Assembly: GCA_010909165.1 (NCBI GenBank)
Contig: MU008186.1
Span: 124,001 to 188,000, forward strand
Direction: 5' to 3'
Length of the DNA stretch: 64,000 nucleotides
Origin: Anthoceros angustus
Lineage: Eukaryota; Plantae; Anthocerotophyta
Under the pieces are notes generated by a model, which saw only the letters and a list, made by a program, of their open reading frames with translations, searched no databases and was not told the DNA's origin. The position numbers and the translations under genes are program-made. Of this stretch, positions 58,942 through 64,000 are shown piece by piece (position 1 is the stretch's first letter; every line of letters begins with the position of its first letter).

Positions 58942-59124
58942 GCTCTAATACCATGTTCGGACAGAGAGCAGACCAACTAGGAAAGCCAAAACATGAAGAA
59001 TATGTAAAAGTACAAAATTGTGTATTGAGTGTTTTCCTTAAATACTATATATGTGACCCTTCATATATTAATAACTAACCCTGGTTTAGATGCTGCAGCC
59101 GAGTGTTGATTAACTAATCTAACA
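58942..59124 (-). mobile_element. Short (171-bp) LTR plus iMet PBS of a truncated LTR element
   Basis: TG...CA-bounded 58954-59124, immediately followed on the - strand by TGGTATTAGAGC (58953-58942); no second LTR found. Confidence 0.7.
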
Positions 59125-59879
59125 GACCTGGATGAGAGGAGTCCTTTGCCTAGTGAAGTTGCTAATGGTGAAGAGGCCTTTCACATCAGGCTTAGGAAAA
59201 AGCCTGATGAAGCTAGCACTTCTGCATTTGTGAAGAAGCGTATGAAGACTGCAACATCTACAGATGAGCGCAAGGCACCTCCAAAGCTGGAGCCTGGCCT
59301 CAGTGATGGGGCATCCAGAAACGCTAGTGCGGCTGCCTATCGTGATGCAACAATTAGAAAAGCTGAATGTCAGTTGTCAACTCGCAACAACTGGATGCAA
59401 CAAGCATCGCTTTTTTTCCTTACTTGAATTTCTAACTGCTCCTGGTTTCCATAGGCAAGCGGCTTACTGAAGCACAGAGTCAGTCCAAATTATGTTGGGA
59501 GAAGGAAAAATGGGAAATGGAGAGAGCAGATCACAAACAAGAGCAAGCATTGCTACGGGAACAACGTTAACGCAAGGAGGAGGCTGATGAATGTTTGAGG
59601 ACACAAAGAATATTGCTAATTCATGCTGCCATAGAGAAGGGTTACGACAGCCAACAACTCAAGCACATACTGAAGTTCATCTGAGTAGTAGGAACTTGGC
59701 TTTGTTTTTTTAAGATGTGTTGCATATAGAAAAACAGACAAAGCCTGCACACCTTGTGGAACAAGATGTAACACGATAAAGTTGCAAGGGGGTTAATATA
59801 CAAACCCCCTTAGAAGAGGGGTGAACCCTCTTGTCCGATTGCGCACCGGCCGAATATCCCCTATTTCAGGAGGGACATA

Positions 59880-62018
59880 GAACATGACCATAGAGCGTGC
59901 GCATCTTTGTCGTGTTCCGTGTATAGCAATGACAGTAGCGGAAGGATTTTAGGGGCCGGTATTTTATTCTCGATTTTGTAAACGGCTATGGACAGTGAAA
60001 CGCACTATGGCACAAAATTGTTGTCCAACCGGAGTAAAAGCATGCAGGCATAGTAGCAGAACAGTTCTCGTTACTTGTGCTCACTTCGAAAACAACAAAC
60101 TACTCTCCTCCGAGCGAAGAGGAAACCGACTCCTGCGCCGACACCGTATCTAACACTACAGCAACGTTACGCAAAGTATTCTTAGTATCCTCGTCGAACG
60201 TATCTATTTCCTCCAGGGCAAGAGAATCTCCCGTGACGTCGTTTACCTGGTCGTCGGTCGCCTCAGTATGTCCCCAAGCCGCATCCAAAGTCGTCTGCCC
60301 CTCTTCCAAAGTGTTATCGCTCATTCTCTTCCTTCTCGTAGTAAAGACACAATCGGCTTTCATGCGATCGGTGTCACTAATGCACACTTCCTTGGCCCAG
60401 GCGAGGGTCCTCGTCCATGCGGATCAAATGTAAGCTCTTCCTGCATTTGGTAACACTTCAAACCCATGAATGCGCTGGGAATATAACCCGCGCATCTCAT
60501 GTCCGCTTCGATAACGCAGATTTCGACCACTCAATGCACGGCCGAGGATAGTTGTGCCACTCCGGAACATGCATCAACCACCCACTCTCCTTCTTTGGAA
60601 AATGCCTCCTGGCGTCCGCATAAGGCCCGGTGGCGTTGGTAGAGCACACCACGTTTGTCGTGAGATAAGTATACATGCTTCTTCACAACCGTGTCGTGAG
60701 TAATGACGGATCTCCCATTATTGAATCTCCCTCGGATTTCAGGAGCATGTTGGCCTTGTCTCTTGAACATTCTTCCTTCACACACCACCCTGGCGTACTC
60801 CAATGTTTCACCCACCCCTCGTGCATGTTCGTCTTGTCCCCAAGCGAAGGACACCATCCCACCTTTTCGGCACCACTTTCTCATACATTCTCGGCGGTGT
60901 GGAGTCCTCCACTCCATGCATCACAATAAAGCGGAATTCCTCTGCGTTGTCTTCTCCATAAAACTCTCGAACATGACCATATGCGCATCTTTGTCGTGTT
61001 CCGTGTATAGCACTAGCGGAAGGATTTTAGGAGCCGGCCGCGCTTTATTCTCGATTTTGTAAACGGCTACATGAAACGCACTGGCACAAAATTGTTGTCC
61101 AACCGGAGTAAAAGCATGTGCATAAATGCTTCTGCATTTGTGCTCACTTGAAAACAACAAACTACTCTCCTCCGAGCGAAGAGGAAACCCCTCTACCGAC
61201 ACCGAATCTAACACTCAAAAGAACGTACGCAGTATTCTTAGTATCCTCGCCGAACGATATCTATTTCCTCCAGCAAGAGAATCTCCGTGACGCCGCCGGT
61301 CGGCCGCCTCAAGATGTCCCCAAGCCGCATCCAAAGTCGCCCCGCCTCTTCCAAAGTGTTATCGCTCATTCTCTTCCTTCTCGTAGTAAAGACACAATCT
61401 GGGCTTTCATGCGCCTGTCACTAATGCACACTTCCTTGGCCCAATCGAGAGGTCCTCGCCCATGCGGATCAAATGTAAGCTCTTCCTCCGCATTTGGTAA
61501 CACTTCAAACCCATGAATGCGCTGGGAATATAACCCGCGATCTCATGTCCGCTCGATGGCAACGCAGCCACCACTCAATAATGCGCCCTGTGATAGTTGT
61601 GCCACTCCTAACATGCATCAACCACCCACTCTCCTTCTTTGGAAAATGCCTCCACAACGTCCGTGATAAGGCCCGGTGGCGTTGGTAGAGCACACCACAC
61701 GCTTGTCGTGAGATAAGTATACATGCTTCTTCACAACCGTGTCGTGAGTAATGACGATCTCCCATTATTGAATCTCCTCGATTTCTGTGGAGCATGTTGG
61801 CCTTGTCTCTTGAACATTCTTCCTTCACACACCATTACGTGACAATGTTTCTGACCCACCCCTCGGCATGTTCGTCTTGTCCCAAACGAAGGACACCATC
61901 CCACCTTTTCGGCACCACTTTCTCATACATTCTCTGACAGTGTGGGAGTCCTCCACTCCATGCATCACAATAAAGCGGAATTCCTCTGACGTTGTCTTCT
62001 CCGCAAAACTCTCGAACA
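59880..62018. repeat. Tandem duplication of a ~1.05-1.09-kb unit containing the methyltransferase C-terminal half
   Basis: Units about 59880-60968 and 60969-62018; junction microhomology GAACA. Confidence 0.88.
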
Positions 62019-62379
62019 CTGATGACATCATACTCCCGTTAATTCTTGTATCCATTGGGCCTATATTGAAGCCCCTCGGCACATCCATCACGAAAGGGAG
62101 TCTATGGCGTAATAGCCACGCATGTCCAGCTGCTGGGTCTCAATCTGATACTGAACTTGAGAGTCGACTGCTAGGACGTTGAAAACAAATAGCCCGTCTT
62201 CCATATCTTTGTCGGCTAAGGCCCTCTGCTCAATTTCCAGCCCTTTCCAGTTGTTGACCTCAAAAATGAAGTGCTGGAAATCTTAGAAGCCGGGGTTGTC
62301 GATGTCTTTTAATTCTTTGCACAATAAAACCCAAAACGTAAGGACACATAAGGGCTTGCTCGCCACATGTGGAGGCGCC

Positions 62380-62880
62380 GCCGCCGCCATCGGCGGACAC
62401 ATCTGTGGGCGCCGGCCGACAAAACCCTTCATGCTCACACAAGGTGGAGGGCGGCCGCCTACACACACACCATGTCAGGCGGCCTCACATCAGCGTGTGG
62501 AGGCGCCGGCGGCGGCGCGGCGGCGCCGCGCCGCGCCGGCGCCGCGGCGCCGCATCATGGCGTGTGGGCGCCGGCCGGCGCCGCATCATCAAGCGGGCCG
62601 GCCGGCGCCGCCGCCATCCTGTGGAGGGCGCCGCCGCCATCGACGGACACATCCCGTGGAGGGCGCCGGCCGACAAAACCCTTCATGCTCACACAGGTGG
62701 AGGGCGGCCGGCGGCGCGCCCGCCGGCGCCGCATCATGGCGTGTGGGCGCCGGCCGGCGCGCCGCATCATGGTGGCGGCCGGCGGCCGGCGCCGCATCCA
62801 TCATCAACGCCGGCGGCGCCGCGGCGGCGCCGCGCCCGCCGCCATCTTCAGGGAGGGCGCGCGCCGCGCCCATCAATAGA
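62380..62880. repeat. Very GC-rich GGCGCC-type repeat array in a predicted intron of the methyltransferase gene
   Basis: Units GGCGCCGGCCGACAAAACCCTTCATGCTCACAC(A)AGGTGGAGGGCGGCC at about 62408 and 62663; GCGCCGCATCATGGCGTGTGGGCGCCGGCCGG at about 62545 and 62725. Donor GTAAAT at 62917. Confidence 0.85.
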
Positions 62881-64000
62881 TGGTAAAGGAAAAAATACGG
62901 CCAAGGGGAAGATTTACCTTTCCGGCAAACTGTGTTTGAAACCGCGCGATCATAGCATCCGTTGAATGCTGTGGGTACTCTCTCCGGACTTCCTCAAACG
63001 ATGTGCAGTCAAGATGCTTCGCCATAGCAACTTGGCAGCTTCTTCCGCAAAGTGATGTCGTCCTCCATGCCTTTCAGGTCTATCAGACCAGCTAATACTT
63101 TTCCGTTCTTTGTAAGTAATATCATTGTCCACACTCACACTGCTATATACGAAAGCCTTCCATGGCTTTGCTAGCATGTCCTTGACTTCACATATCTGTG
63201 CAACCTTAGAATCTTCCCGACCTTCCGCTTTCCTTTGCCCTTCTTGCTTGTACTGTCGTGTCTTTTACATTCGCAACTCCCACCTCCCACTTTGTAAATA
63301 TTTTGTCAATATTCTCCCAAATTCTCCTTCTTGCTTTGCAATACAAAGTATATGAGTCCTGTTATCCACCTTGTTTTGCTTATAGCGTCGTCTTCTCTCC
63401 CTCGCCGTCAATGAGGCCCGGAACCTTGTACAAATTGAATTTCCATGCCATAGTCATATGCACCCCTTCACGCTTGGCAATAAGCGCTCATCACGGAGAT
63501 ACGACACCTCGATGAAAGACATTTTCTTCTCTTGTCAGGCATAATATTGTGTGCGTAGCTAGAACCCGCATCTCTCAAGTGTGAGACCTTACACGTGAGC
63601 CTCGACATCGGCGTTTTTCCACAGTGCCATATCCAAATGCTTCATCGCCGCAAAAGTGTGATTCCGCCACTCCCATGACATAAGTTTTGCCAAATCGTTG
63701 CCAATCCGATTGCTTCCATGTTGTCGCATTCACGGGTCTATCATACATGAGGCAATACGCCTTCCTCTATTCTCCCTTCGATATGACCGGGCCAAGTAAT
63801 TCGTCCATGCTTCGTCAACCTTCCGTATCTGCATCCGGAGTGATATGCGGCGGCCGGCCTTAGATTCTCCGACTTCAGACCGTCTCGAACAACTTTCTTT
63901 GCATCGATTCCCTTACGGGTTAAAGGGTCTTCATCTCTCACCGCTTCTAACCTCTCCTCATCCGTTGGGACATGAACGCCGCAATGGGTGCCACCGTCTA

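Larger units (their letters stand above)
59880..64000 (-). pseudogene. ParB-like domain plus beta-class N4/N6 DNA amino-methyltransferase gene, frameshifted as assembled; 5' end beyond the window; probably TE-borne
   Basis: After frameshift correction: ParB-like YVMG(G)NHTFAAMKHL...LA.THN...MSFIE (63700-63500); motif IV-like MDVPRGFN (62091-62065); FVWDKTN; motif X/I YQRHRALITDVVEAFSKEGEWVVDACSG(S/V)GTT...SGRNCVAIEAD (61690-61545, second copy 60650-60500). Confidence 0.7.

Noticed and set aside
59470-59660. Degenerate AP2-like domain (NYVGRRKNGKWREQIT)
   Set aside because: Lacks WLG and AAxAYD in frame and has stops; similarity too weak.
59789-59812. GGGGGTT...AACCCCC hairpin as a Helitron 3' end for the MTase-bearing element
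   Set aside because: No CTRR terminus at the expected distance on either strand.
62260-62965. Multiple 60-200-aa ORFs on both strands
   Set aside because: They arise from the stop-poor GC-rich repeat array in a predicted intron.

Overview
Eukaryotic nuclear DNA from a non-seed land plant. A hornwort (Anthoceros-like) is my best guess, from compact GC-rich genes with short introns and a WW-type PLS PPR gene; this is inference. Host genes: a FANCC-like gene (-), a complete nitrate reductase (-), a 1271-aa PLS-class PPR editing factor (-), an Oca6-like pseudophosphatase (+), a DEG9-like protease (-), a BTB/POZ gene (+) and a P2B Ca2+-ATPase (+). About half of the window is mobile DNA. It includes a decayed, intron-containing Crypton-type tyrosine recombinase with a divergent multi-exon partner gene (10.2-13.2 kb) and a nested Copia cluster (33-52.7 kb). 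That cluster holds a TA...TA-ended Copia with an internal 5.8-kb inversion, a tRNA-Asp-headed SINE-like insert, a DUF7869/Sola-like transposase and a 2.2-kb solo LTR. At the right end is a frameshifted gene that appears to fuse a ParB-like domain to a bacterial-type beta-class N4/N6 DNA amino-methyltransferase. Four 0.6-1.9-kb tandem duplications with junction microhomology and indel-rich copies may be real or may be assembly/amplification artefacts. All family assignments come from motif recognition by eye, not from database searches.
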